64,000 nt of DNA from Klebsormidium nitens (taxonomy: Eukaryota; Plantae; Klebsormidiophyceae). This document shows, one piece after another, positions 45,384 through 58,100 of this stretch. The notes beneath the pieces were generated by a model, which worked only from the letters and a program-made list of their open reading frames with translations, was not told where the DNA came from and ran no database searches. Numbering within the stretch: position 1 is the first letter of the stretch; each line of letters begins with the position of its first letter. The translations under genes and the position numbers were made by a program. The stretch is taken from positions 1 through 64,000 of the forward strand of contig DF237192.1 in assembly GCA_000708835.1 (NCBI GenBank), in the 5' to 3' direction.

Positions 45384-48300
45384 ATGGGCAATTTCCTGCG
45401 CAAGGCGCGGAGGGCCCCAAAGAGAGGCGTCCAAGAAAGGCGGACGTTCGACGGCGAAGGTTCGCTGATACAAGGAAGCACGCACGGCCCCCACGTGTCG
45501 AAAGCAGAGGCGCCCACGTTCAAAATGGCATTCTTTATGCGCGCGAGCGGGGCCTCGAATGCTGAGCTCATCAGCCGCATGCGGGCCATGGGGAGCATCA
45601 AAAGCGGCAGGGTGGCTGACGTCATGACAGCTGTGGACCGGGGGCTGTTCGTGCCGTCCGATGAGGAGCCGTACTTTGATGTGCCGCAGCCGATCGGGTA
45701 CAATGCAACGATCTCAGGTGGGAACGGGATTCTTCGGGATATAATAACCAACGGAGAAACAAAGTACTCAGGAAAAAGCGCTGGGTTTTGAAGGACCCAA
45801 GGGGAAAGGAGACCCGTATTATCAAAGTAAGCGGGAAGTTCTGTGTAAGATTCAGGGGGGGCAATGATGAATTGTAAGAGGGCACAATGAAGGACTCTCC
45901 ATTTATCTGGGCTACTCGCGAACCCGATGATGGCAAGAAATGGACTATTGCAGATGCTGGGAACTTCGTGCGCCCCTCGATCTTGCAAGCGCATTGGCTT
46001 TTATCTTGGACCAGGGTGGCTGATGTCAGAAGTAGGTAGTATTCATTGCGTGGGCAAAAGGGCGCAGTCTCAGATGACAAGAACCTCGACCGTATCAACG
46101 TTTAGGACAAAGGGTATTTCTCGGCGAGTCATCAAAAGGTGCTTGTGCTGCCCAGTCTCTAGCGGCAACAAGAAGAAATGCCCAGACAGCAAGTTGTGTA
46201 CTCTCCGAATCCAAAATTATCTGATTGCTTCCGATCCTATCGACCGAAGATGAATCAGAATTACGTCGAACTGACTGCCCTTCAACTAAAGTTTGAGTCG
46301 AGAGCATCCCTATTGAGACCTCTCCATCTGCGTGTCACCGTTTGCTTTGACACATGTTTGATCTTGTCCTGTTGCGTTTGAAGAAGATGGATCAGAATAC
46401 CTCGATAAGAGAGTTGAATCCAGTCTCCTTAGCTCCCTGATTCCGACGGATTCTGTTTCTTCAAACTGCTACTGAAAGGATGCAGCCGACTATACAGAAC
46501 CGACTTCGAACTACTCTAACTCGCTTGTCGGCCAAGTTTGTTTCAAGCACACGCATAGCTAGAATCTCAATAGAAGCCAAATATTCATCCAAACGGGCCC
46601 ACACATTACCCCACTTAACAGATTAATAGGATACAGATCATCCACACAGAATGCCCGTGATACGAGATTCCCAAACGCTTAGGAAAACCCCCTCGAGCGC
46701 TTGTCAGCACGCTTCCAAACCTCAAATGTTGCAGAAACTTTCACGACTCAGTCAGTAAGCCAAGTCGCGCTGGCAGGGAACTGCTGCTTACCTTCACCCC
46801 GCAAATAGGTAGTTAGTTACCTTGTCACGCATGTAGGTCTCCTTATTTCGAGCAGCAGTTCTGGCTCTGGATGCAAACACCCATATTAATGCTAGCTCAA
46901 AGCCCACCTTCCTGCGCGCGCGCAGCCCCCCACATGCACGCGCACTGCCTGGACCTGCTGGAGGACCGCCTGCAGCCGGGCGCGCGCGCGCTCGACGTGG
47001 GCAGCGGCACGGGGTACCTTACCGCCTGCTTTGGCATGATGGTGGACGGGAAGGGAGGCAAGGCCGTCGGCGTGGAGCATATCAAAGGTGAATGATAACA
47101 GTTTAAACCCTTATGCTTATTTTCCGTTCTTGTATTTTCATTGCTTTGACGCTGAACGGAAGCAATGCTGGGAACTGAATCCTAGCGGCATAAGACCCGC
47201 TTAGGGCCGCAGGTTCGAGATGGTTGGGACACGGAAGCACTGGCATCGAAGGTGCCTAACAGGGAGAGTTTCTGCGCTTCTATTCAGCCGTCGTTCTGGT
47301 TTGAAATTTGCGACAGACACGACAGACATGAGAATTCTGCCGTTGAAGGCGGTACGTTGGGATGGAGCCATAGACTTTGAAACACCCCAGAACATTTGAA
47401 TCGCTTCCAAACAGTAGACGTGGTTTCGACAAAACCGCGTATAATTGTCTTTCCATTGTATCTTTGAGCTTCGAAGGTTTGGCTTGGCGGGCCACAAGCT
47501 CTTCAAGGTAATGGCCCGTCTGATCTGCTGTCAGTAATTCGAATACGACTGTTTGCTTACGTCCAGGAAGTTTCTCGTCCGGCTAAACGGCATTCTGTTT
47601 CCCAAGTGCAATCTGCCGGTCCATCTGCTTCATTTTTATTTCCGTCCTGCATTCGCTTCCTCAACCTCACCTGATCAGCTGCTGGACATCTCGTGGACGA
47701 ACAATATGCAGTGACGTCACTTTTGGCAGAGCTGACGGAGTCATCCAAGTCGAACGTCCGGAAGTCGGCCGCCGGACACCTGTTGGACAAGGGCGTGATT
47801 GAGCTGCACACGGGGGACGGCAGGAAAGGTTGGCCCACCGCGGCGCCGTATGACGTCATTCACGTGGGCGCGGCCGCGTCGGGCACCCCCAGGGTGGGCT
47901 CATCACGCTCGCTTCACATTTATCCCTTCTGTAATCGTAATGTATCATCAATTGACTGTTGACCATGTGAAATTACGCATTTTGACGTCGACTCTGTGCT
48001 CGTGCAAACGTAGCAAAGTTCAAAGTGATTAGATTCTGCCTTGAACCACCTCAAGTTTGGCCTCATTAGCCTCTTTGTAGTTATCAACTTTATGCGAAGC
48101 AGCGAACCTAAAACTAGTTTTGGCGACTTTCTGTGCACTTTCTGTGAGAAGGTGAACGCCCCGAATCCCGGATTCTGTCCAGACAATCAGACGAGCGGGG
48201 CGTGAGATCAGACTTGCAGGCCGGGGACACGGCTTAAGGCGGTGTCTACGCTTCCATTTTACATTACTCGAACCGAGAACGTCTGCAAGCGGAGACTCGA

Positions 48301-48755
48301 AGCGAGTCAAATGCGGATCTGTTGAAGTCAAGGCTCGAATTCATCTTAAGAATTACAAGTCGCTGGATGTCAATTGATTGCTTTCAAGGTTTTACCAGAC
48401 GGTAAAAGAGGTTTTGGTATATCACGTTACTAACATCCCGATACGATCAGGATTCAAGAAGTCTTGGACTTGAACTTTTAACGGCTTTCTTTACAAGTAA
48501 ACAAAGCCGTTAAATTTTCTAGTACTCCGCCGGTAAGTGTCTCCAAATTGCCTCCTTGTGCAGGAGCTTCTGCAGCAGCTCAAGCCCGGGGGCCGTATGG
48601 TGTGCCCGGTAGGCGACGCCCTGGATCAGCACCTGATGGTGTACGACAAGTCCCCGACCGGGGACTCCATTCGCGAGCGCGCAGCGACCGCGGTGCGGTA
48701 CGTACCGCTGATCGACGAGAAGGATCAACGGAACAGGAGACCGGGTCTGTTTTAA
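45384..48755 (+). CDS. PIMT: Protein-L-isoaspartate O-methyltransferase
   Basis: Exons 45384-45717, 46926-47087, 47730-47893, 48564-48755. Motifs PQPIGYNATISAPHMHA, LDVGSGTGYLTA, GDGRKGW, PYDVIHVGAAA, QLKPGGRMVCPVG, VRYVPL. Confidence 0.96.
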
Positions 48756-50057
48756 AGAGCAGAGGTTTTAGAAAGAGTTTCAGGGAAGGCTTGAACACTT
48801 GCAAGCAAAGCGGGCCTGTCGAAGTTGCAGATGGCGGATGGTCTAATGCGATTTGAGCAACAATTGATTGATTGCCTTTGTAAGACCCCACGAAAGCGCC
48901 GCCGGGCCCGTATACGTAAGGGGATCCTTGCATTGTCTCGACGTCATGTTTGAGACCAGATGTCTATAATGTTCAGCTCGTATACAAACGATAGCTTTCC
49001 AAATCTCACAGTGCTGATTGATGAGTGGTGTGTACCTCAGATGTACCTCTAGTTGTACTTCTGGTAAATGGCAGAGCCGGAAGCATTCTCACCACTAATC
49101 TGTAATGTGTCGGACATGCGGCCGTCAATGAAAGTTGCCGGCATTCGCTTCCAATGCAAGTGCTGACAGAACTCCAATTGATCGATGAGTTCTAAGCAAC
49201 ATGAAATGTCAATGAGGACATGAGCATTGCTGAGCCGGCCTTTTAATGGATAGCGTGATGGGGCGGATGTCTACGCGCAAGTTGCATAGGGTCGGAGCCA
49301 GAACTAGCGCGCTCGTTGTGGCTGCGCTCATGTTTTTCGTTATGTGCGGAAATTCGAATCCGGATTCTACGGCTATGGTATTCTATGGTATTGACCGTCC
49401 TGATCATTTCCGGCCATATGGCCACTCAGAGCTCCGTCAACCCTGTCGAAAATACCTTTCATACTGCTCTTGGTGGAATCAAGCAGGGCTTGAACCATCT
49501 GGACGCCGCCTCCCCTCAACGGAGTCGTCGAAGCTGGTTGTGCCAGGTCGAACTTCTCAGACTGGTGCTGATCGTCCTGCGATCGAGAGGCACGAGACCC
49601 GAGTCGATTGAAGAAAGCATTCAGCAGAAAAACAGTATTAGGAACCACAAATCAAAGTTATGGTTAGGTTAGATATGGAAGAAGAAAAGGGAAACAGGAA
49701 CGCGAAGACTGTATCGTGCACCGTAGTGGGCAATAAAGTCGGTTTGCCGTCCTGTGCGAGCGCGTTTGCATGAGTTGGATTGGAGAAAGGGGGCAAGGAA
49801 GTGAGGAGCCCCGTTTAAATGCAGCCCCGTTTGAGATTAGATTTGGAAGTCGAAAATCAGAAAGGAAAAGAGTAGGACTGTTCGACACCGAAAAGCATTG
49901 TCCTCACTTTTCAAAGAGCATGCCACACTTTTTCCGCTCGAGCGGCTTAACCAAAGCACTGTGGAGTAATCATCGAACAGGTTCTTCTAGACTGATGAGG
50001 ACCAACAGTACGTAGCCTGATGCACAGACCCATGACACCATATAAAGGCGAGCGCTT

Positions 50058-51405
50058 TCAAATTCTCACCGTCTCATCTTTGGAAGGATGGATGAAGAAG
50101 GCTTGTACCCAATCTTCGAACCAGGGCTCCCAGTCTTGCTCCTCCCCGCTTCCATTCTTCGGCTGAAGCAGCATACCCATCCACGGATCAAGCACCGCCC
50201 TTTGCCGATCCTTGGGAAGCGTCGACAGAATCTCCAGGAACTCTGCTTCCACTAGGTCATACGCATCTCCGTCGTCATCGTCATCATCATCGTCATCTTC
50301 CTCGTCATGTTCGTCGTCATATCCATCGTCATCTTCCTCGTCATCCTCATCTTCAGCAGCTGCCCTGCGACTGGATCCTTGCTCTTTGTACACCCAAAGG
50401 CTGAGCACTTTGCATCTAAGGTCTTCGTCCAAAATAAGCTTCCCTTTTCGGACGGTTCGGAGGATGGGAAGGAACGCCGGACAGACTACATCGCAGAAGA
50501 CGCTTTCGTACAACCCCTTTGGGAAGAGAATCTTTGACTCCGTGGAAGAAGTCGACGATGCGGAGCCTGATGTCATGGGTGCGTCCAAGGTTTGTCTCTG
50601 AGAAAATCCAAGCCGCGCCGCTGAGAATCACTTTTAGTTCACTGCGTTCGCTGTCGAGCAGGATGCTTCCTCGATCTTCTACAACTACTTTGGCAGTGAG
50701 CTGCTGCAGGCTGATTTTCAGAGCGTCCAAAAAGTTGTCCCTCTCTTGTTCAAAGATCTCCCTTTTGAACCGCAACTGCATTGCAAGAGAGTTGATCATC
50801 TCCCTGGCTTGTTCAGAGCCCTTTACGTGTTCGCCGCACCTAGCTGCCTTGAACAAGTCTTGAAGAAAGGTGAACCGCTTGTCTGCGCTTGCAGGAGCCA
50901 TGCGCTTAGTCAGACTCTCAGGAGGACAAGCTGAGCTCTCTAAGAATCTTCTAACCCGCTCCGACTGAGCTCTAGTCCATGGAACAGAACTCAAGTATTG
51001 GACGGCGTCTGATGAAAGCTTGGTTAGCGATAAGTGGTCTGCTGGCTGGAGGCATCTCAAGGCCTCCGAGAAGCAAGAGAAGCGATGAATTTTCTTGGCA
51101 GAATGGTGTGCCTCAAAAACCTTTCGCGTCGCGAGAGCGTAGTCGTCAACAGGCCCTGAGACAATGACGGACACCTTTGTAAAAGTTGTCCCGTTCTGCG
51201 TGCTTTCTTCCAGGTGTTTGTTCACCCACCTCTTGGAGAAATGAGAAGTAAAAAACGGGCTGTGCTCAACTAGCACATCTTTGTGCAGACACACAGATGC
51301 AGTTTCTCTAATGGGTTGTGCTTCCAGTGGTGTCTCCGCCGAAAGCTCTTTCACAAAGGTTAGAGAACACATACCACTCTGCTTCGCCTCATCAGAAAGA
51401 TACAT
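50058..51405 (-). CDS. Plant-type BTB/POZ protein (At3g50780-like family) split by a one-base frameshift; possible pseudogene or assembly error
   Basis: ORF 51405-50416 has a BTB-like LHKDVLVEHSPFF...RW and VQYLSSVPW. The overlapping ORF 50588-50058 carries GKLILDEDLRCKVLSLW and LSTLPKDRQRAVLDPW. The two frames join plausibly near 50514-50523 (DSLPKG|LYESVFC). Confidence 0.7.
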
Positions 51406-51751
51406 TTTGAATTACTCTGCACGTTAGTTTCTGCAGGTTGCTGGAAGAAAGATTCTGACATGCAGGCAAAGCGACGGCAATGCACTAGAAGCCGCTAGCT
51501 TGTGACGGTGCCCTAAGCGACTACACTAATAAGAGCCAAAGGCGCCGCTCTCAGTCCTTAACCAAGTCGAACATGGCGATCGTACAGGCGGTAAGAAAGT
51601 CGAAATGGCGATCGTCGAGTCGTATCCAGTAGTATCTAAAGTATTAAACAGGCTGGATGCACGTACCGCGGGCGCGGGCGCGGGCGCGGCCTGATCGAGC
51701 CACGCCGCCTGGGGGTTTATGCCCGAAACCTCATATTTGGACCCCGACCCG

Positions 51752-51804
51752 AAACCCTAAACTGCACACGCCATGTATGATGTAGCCTGAACATAAAACC
51801 CTAA
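51752..51804 (+). promoter_or_regulatory. Two telo-box motifs in the divergent BTB/RPC1 promoter
   Basis: AAACCCTAA at 51752-51760 and 51796-51804, about 340-390 bp upstream of the RPC1 ATG. Confidence 0.5.
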
Positions 51805-52140
51805 TTAGTTTTCGCTTCGAGTTTTGTTGCGCTTGCTTTGCTTGCGCCCAAGTGGGAATCAATTGCAGGGCTTCAAGGAAGTCAGGAGCTGAAGAATGAT
51901 ATGCATCAGGGCGGAAGGTGGATGGCTAGAAAACGAGTGCTCTTAGGACCCCTCTTGGACTGCAAACGAAGCGCATGACGAAGAACGAGGAATGCTGCTT
52001 GCAGAGCGGGTGGTCTGACAGTGACACCACTTTTGACAGATTTATCTGAGCAAACAGAGAGTTTGTGATAGAAACTTTTTGCTGGAAGTCAACTTTATAG
52101 AAGCTCAAAGGAGGATTAAGCTTTGCACATTACTGTAGCG

Positions 52141-55100
52141 ATGGTGCTTCGGGAACAGTTGGGGCTGGTTGTGGCGGCCCCGGAATCCACCATCGCTTTC
52201 ACAAAGAAGATGTACCGCGACGACCCCGGCCCTAGGAAGATCAAGAGCATCCAATTCGGGGTGATGTCAGCGCAGGAGATGGTTAAAGTATCAGAGCTGC
52301 ACGTTTTTGAAAGGAACCTGTACCAGCAACCGGAGAGGAAGCCGGCGCCCAATGGGATCCTTGACACAAAGTTGGTGAGCGTTCATCTGTAAATGGTGCA
52401 GCTAAGTACAAGAGGTGGTGCCTCGAAGCTTGGATGGCATTGATTGACAGCATTACCAGTGAATAGCAAGCCTTGATCTTCCACTTCAAGAGCGAGACAA
52501 ACAACTTGCAGCACCTTTATTACATCTTCTTCGACGAGTAATGTTCTTTAAGGATGTGCAAAGAGCTTGACTGTTCACTTCGTCAATGTTTCGAGTGCTT
52601 GTTCTGGTTAGCTTGTGGCAAAAGTTAGGAGTTTCTGTGGCGCCAAAGTACAAATGCTTTTATTATGTTTCTGTCTGAGAGCGGTTAAAAACTCATGGGA
52701 GCCTTGGCTGTCCATCGTGCATGCCGCACATTTAGTACGTACTTCGATTGTGCAACACTGCCCTTCTCGTTGATAGTTTTCGCTCATAGTGTTGGTCAAT
52801 AGAGTTGGGGTTGAAGTTTATCACAGCTGTGGCGCAGAGGGTCTGTTCTTTAAATATGTTTTCCAGGAATCAAGGAAAAAGATGGTTGTGCACCCCACAA
52901 GTACAGGCTACGAGCACTTGTTCAGTGCTTCAGAAGTGTTGTCGGAACATATTTGCTTTAAAGCAGACTCGAGTACAGTTGGAGAATCAGGACTTTGGGC
53001 CAACCCAAGAAGATAGATTAGGCTTTGACCACTCCGATGGCCATTCATAACCAATAAGTACCCCAGGCATCTCGGTAGTACTCTGCCCCCGCAAAAGTCC
53101 AAACGTGGACACCTGCTGTGCATGTCTTGAGTGTCAAGTCATTTGAAAGCGGTGTCATTTAACTAAAAGGTGTCCAGACATGCTGTTATTGACACCATCG
53201 ACTCCACGCAGGGCACCACTGACAAGCGGGGCGAGTGCTCGACCTGCAAAGGCAAGCTGACGGACTGCGCCGGGCACTTTGGTCACATCCGGCTGGCACT
53301 GCCTGTGCTGCACATCGGATACTTCAAGCACTGCATTGCCATCCTGCAGTGCATCTGCAAGGTGAGCCTTCCCTTCCATGGGGTTTCCTTCTCTGACAGG
53401 CTCTGTCGCAATCCGGAGTGATTATGGACAGTTTGCGCTCCTTCCTGCTTTGGAAAAACGTTGATATTTGAAAGACGTATGTCAAAATCAAGAAGCCATG
53501 GGAAGATGGAGAGAGTTGGGTGGCAATTCTGAGTTGAAGCTTAGGGTGTTGAAACATATTCTGTTCGTCATCTGGATCAAACGCCAGCACGGGTACCCGC
53601 CGGTTCTCGGAGACACTGCTTTTCGCCCTGGCTTTCTCACTGTTTCTTGACACAGTTTGAGAGAATCATCCTCAATAAAGGCGGAGCCAATTCTGTCGCT
53701 GGTCATCATTTCGGCTTCTATTGGGCTGCAGAGCTGCGCCCGCATCCTTCTTCCAGAGGATGAGCGGAAGGTGTTCCTGCGGCGATTCCGCAACCCCTCG
53801 GTGGAGATCCTCCAGAAAAAGGCCATGTTCAAGAAAGTCGCGGACCGTTGCAAGCGGCAGCGGTACTGCCCGCACTGCGGGGATGTCAACGGTGAGCGAG
53901 TTCTCGCTGCTAGAAGTAGGATTTGAGAGGGACCGTTTGCTTTCTTGGTTGTGTCACTTTCGGCCGTGGGTTGGCGTGAAACGACTTTCAGGGAGGCAGG
54001 TGACAAACGGTTTCTTTGTCAACGAATAGGACAGTCTTTCTTAACGGTGTTCGTGGCCAGGTGAAAAACGGCCACTGGAACGCTCAAGCCAATGCACGAC
54101 GACGTGCGCTGAGGATGCGTTCTAGGTTCCACGCGATTTCTCAGATGCCAACTGTCTGGCCCACTTTCACTACCTCTAAAGATGCGAAAAATTGACGAAC
54201 TCGCTTCCTCTCCCAGGTGTGGTTGTAAAGGGATCCAGACGCTGAAGTTCATGCCCGAAAATCACGCAAAGCCCGAGAACAGAATCCCTAGTTGTTAATC
54301 TGGATTTATTCAAGCATGGCAACTGTGACCGTGGTTGATAGACACGCTGATAAAACTTCCACCAATAACTCTGCCAGGCGTGGTTAAGAAGGCGACTCAG
54401 ACGCTGAAGATTATGCACGACAAGTACGCCAAGGACGTCTCGATCAAGGAGGACTTCCAGGAGGAGTTCCAGGAGCCGGCTAAGCACAACCGCGAGCTCA
54501 AAACGCACCTCAACAAAGTGCAAGACGACCTGAACCCGATCCGCATCCTGGGCCTCTTCGAGCGGATACTGGACGAGGTGAGAGTTCCTAGAACTTCGTA
54601 GATGTTTAGGGTTTTCAAGTACTTCGGGAGTAGGGTTTTACACTGGGGTTCATTGCCTATGTTCTGAAGCCTTCAAAGCGGGCCAGAACCAATTGGGCGA
54701 TTGCCTCTGGTCGACCTGCAGAAACTTACAACTGTTTCCAACACGCCTGTCGTCCACCTTTTCTGTTAGTATCTTGATCCAGGACTGAGAGTGCCGTCCG
54801 TCCCAGCGTGTGTTGAGTGTTCAGTCCTTGCGACACCTCTCCATCTAGAAGCTCTCGCTCTTCTGCAAACATCCGAGATCAGAGGTGAAGCGAAGGTGCT
54901 ACGAGACTGTCATGGGTGCGGAGACTGCCTTTGCTGGCAAAACTGATTTACAACGCGTATGTAAAGGCGTCACGTACATCGCTTGCAGGACTGCGAGATC
55001 CTGGACGTTCACGGACGTCCGGAGCGGCTCGTTATGACGCACCTGATCGTGCCACCTGTCTGCATCCGGCCGTCCGTGGAGATGGAGTCGGCCGCGGGGA

Positions 55101-58100
55101 GTAACGAGGATGACATCACCATGAAACTGATGCAGATCATCGAGGTGAACAAGATCGTCGAGGACGCACTGCAGAAAGGGCTGGCCATCAACCAGGTCAT
55201 GGTGAGTAGTTTTCTAACTCTGCCGTGGTCCATTTACTATCCGCTTCTAGGTTCTGATTGTCTGATCTGATTCTTCGTCTCTGCGACGTCCTTGGCTGCT
55301 TCGCTGTCTTGTACGGGGCAGGGACGGTGCCAATCCTAGCAAAGTTGGCGGAGAACTTGCAACGTTGCCTGCGAGGTTGACTACTCTCAATCTCATCTGA
55401 TCAAAGTTGGCTCTTCAAGGCCTACAAAAGAATCGCTGAAGAACGGGCTAGCCACAGACGCAGTCCGAAAGGCTGCTTACCCGTCGCGTTCAATGGATTG
55501 CCGGGTCTGATTTCACTCCCTGCTTGTATTCTGCAGCCTCTCAGATTGTCGGAGCGAGCGACTTGAAACTTACGACCAGTCGCTTGACGGGAAATTACAA
55601 TCGGTTGGAAAGAGATCCGATATGGTTGCTTTTACTCCCTATGCAAGGTAAGTAGCGTTCCGACCTCTTGTCTGAATTCAATATGTTGCCTCACGAAGCC
55701 CGCATTCGTTTGTGCAGGAGAGCTGGGACTTCCTCCAAGTCCAGACGGCCATGTATATCAACAGCGAGCTGCCGGGCATGCCCATGGCCTTCCAGAGCGG
55801 AAAGCCACTGCGCGGGTTTGTGCAGCGGTTAAAGGGCAAACAGGGGCGGTTCCGAGGTAACCTGTCGGGGAAGCGCGTGGACTTCAGCGGGCGGACGGTT
55901 ATCTCGCCTGACCCGAACTTGAGGATCAACGAGGTCGCCGTGCCGATTCTGATGGCACAGATTTTGAGCTATCCGGAGAAGGTGAGGAAGAGGTCGCTCA
56001 AAAGCGAACAGATGTCGTCGTTTGGGGTTTGGGTGTGTTCTGACGGCGGTCAACAAGCTGCTGTGCTTTCTTTTTTGTGAGCGCGTACGTTGGCGGAAGC
56101 CCGCATGGCGATCAGCGACCTTGCAAGCGGCCGCAAGCTACGCTTGCTAAACTTAGTTGTCGGCTGGAATGAGAACGTTCATCGGCTGGCAGATAGCCGT
56201 CTTTCCTTTCTTTCTCTCTGGGAAGGACTTTCGTGAGGATTTTGCGCAGAGTCATGCTGACCTTTTCGATAGAGGAGCCAAACATCGGTCGGACTGGGTG
56301 CGGGAGCAAAGTCCATTCCTGCAAGGACGTCCTGAAAGCTTCTCGTGAAAATGTGTTCGGCCACAAGTCAACTCCGCAGAACTTGTGTAAGAGCCGTGCT
56401 GAAGAAACCTGTGTTGACTGACTCTCGTGTGTGTACACAGGTGAACCGGCACAACATAGAGAAGCTGCGGCAGCGCGTCCTGAACGGGATGACGAAGCAC
56501 CCGGGCGCAAACTTCGTGTGCTTCCCAGACGGCGGGAAATGGTACGCTCCGGATTGTGAAGCCTCTCACCAGCTTTGATCGTGATTGTCATTCGATCAAA
56601 GAGTGAAGCGCCTGTGATCAGTCTGAATAGCTTTATGAAGAGTCAATCAGGAAGCGGGGCTCCCTCTCTGTCTGGAAAAAGCAGAAGGGCAGTAAGGCAG
56701 AAGCGATGTGCTTAATTTCAGATAAGGGGCGTTCTGTCACCGGTTTTCCCGATGGGACATCGTTGTCGCACCTGTCGTCGCTGCTTGTCCTACTCCTTGA
56801 ATGGACGCATCAATACGAGTGCCCTTGTTCTAGTGTCCTTGGTAGCACCTGAAGGTTCGTCTTTTATGATTTTCCAATTCGTGTTTTGGATGCACCTGGG
56901 AAATGGCTTACGTCCCGCTTTTCGAACCCGCCTTCTTGTTCCTGTTCTTGAAGTGACGCAGCAAAGTATGTGAGACGTTGGCAAGCGGAACAGCTGTCGA
57001 CACCGCACGTTCTGCAGGCAAACTTGGATCCAAGGCTCAACTGCGGTTACTGAGCAAACAAGTTGAGCAGAATAAGGGCCTCTCCGAGGTGACTGGGCAT
57101 CCCGCGGACCAACAACTAGATATGAGAGCCAGCTCTTAGAATGCTAGATCCGAGCTTAGTCACATTGAATCCTCTGGTTCAGGTTCCTGAAGTTCGGCGA
57201 CCGGCGGCGTGTGGCAGCCGAGCTCAAGTGCTTCAGAAATAGGTTAAAGCCGCCTTTTTGGTAGTGCAGATTTTGAGCTTATTCACACCGAGTTTTTTGG
57301 TCCAGGTTTCTGAAGTTTGGCGACAGGCGGCGCGTGGCGTCCGAGCTCAAGTACGGCGACGTGGTGGAGCGCCACCTGGAGGATGGCGACATTGTGCTCT
57401 TCAACCGGCAGCCCAGTCTGCACAAGATGTCCATCATGTCGCATAGAGTATGGCCCGCCTCATAAGCTATGACGCGCATTGTTGTTTGTTTGCATCCTTT
57501 CTCAGCCAGTCTGGTTCAGATGACGGAAAAGAAGCTGGCATTACTGTGCTCTTTGACCGGCAGCCGAGCTTGCATGGATGTCCATTGTGTCGCACTAGGG
57601 TATGGCGGGCCTCCTAGATTGGAAATACGCTTTATTTGAAATGGCGTATCCTAGCTTGCTGCTAACGATTCTGGGGAGAATCGGGATTGCAGAAGCGATC
57701 ACTAGGTGGAGCAGATTCTAAGGTTTTACTCGGTAGTCGAGGGGTTCACTTACCGTTTATTATGCCGGTGGTAAGCTCGGCATGAGCGAATGCTATAATT
57801 CAGCACCGAGCAAATGACATTGTGCATGTCTTTTCGCAACACCAACGGCCGCCGGTTGTTGACGGTCTCGGAGGTCGGCAATAGTCAAATACGGATTGCT
57901 TCTGTTTCTGTTCGCTCTCTATGCAGGCCCGCTTCATGCCGTGGCGAACTCTGCGGTTCAACGAGTGCGTGTGCAACCCGTACCACGCAGATTTCGACGG
58001 TGACGAGATGAATGGGCGTCTTCGGTCTTTCAGTTCTTTGGATACTGATCGCTGAACTGCTTCATTCTGTGCAGGCCCGCATCATGCCGTGGCGAACCCT

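Noticed and set aside
49246-49672. Overlapping 90-120 aa ORFs between PIMT and BTB
   Set aside because: No recognisable domain, splice context or codon bias; treated as chance ORFs.
50514-50523. Programmed -1 frameshift at CCCAAAG in the BTB gene
   Set aside because: The required shift is +1, and the heptamer is phased the wrong way for -1 slippage from the upstream ORF.
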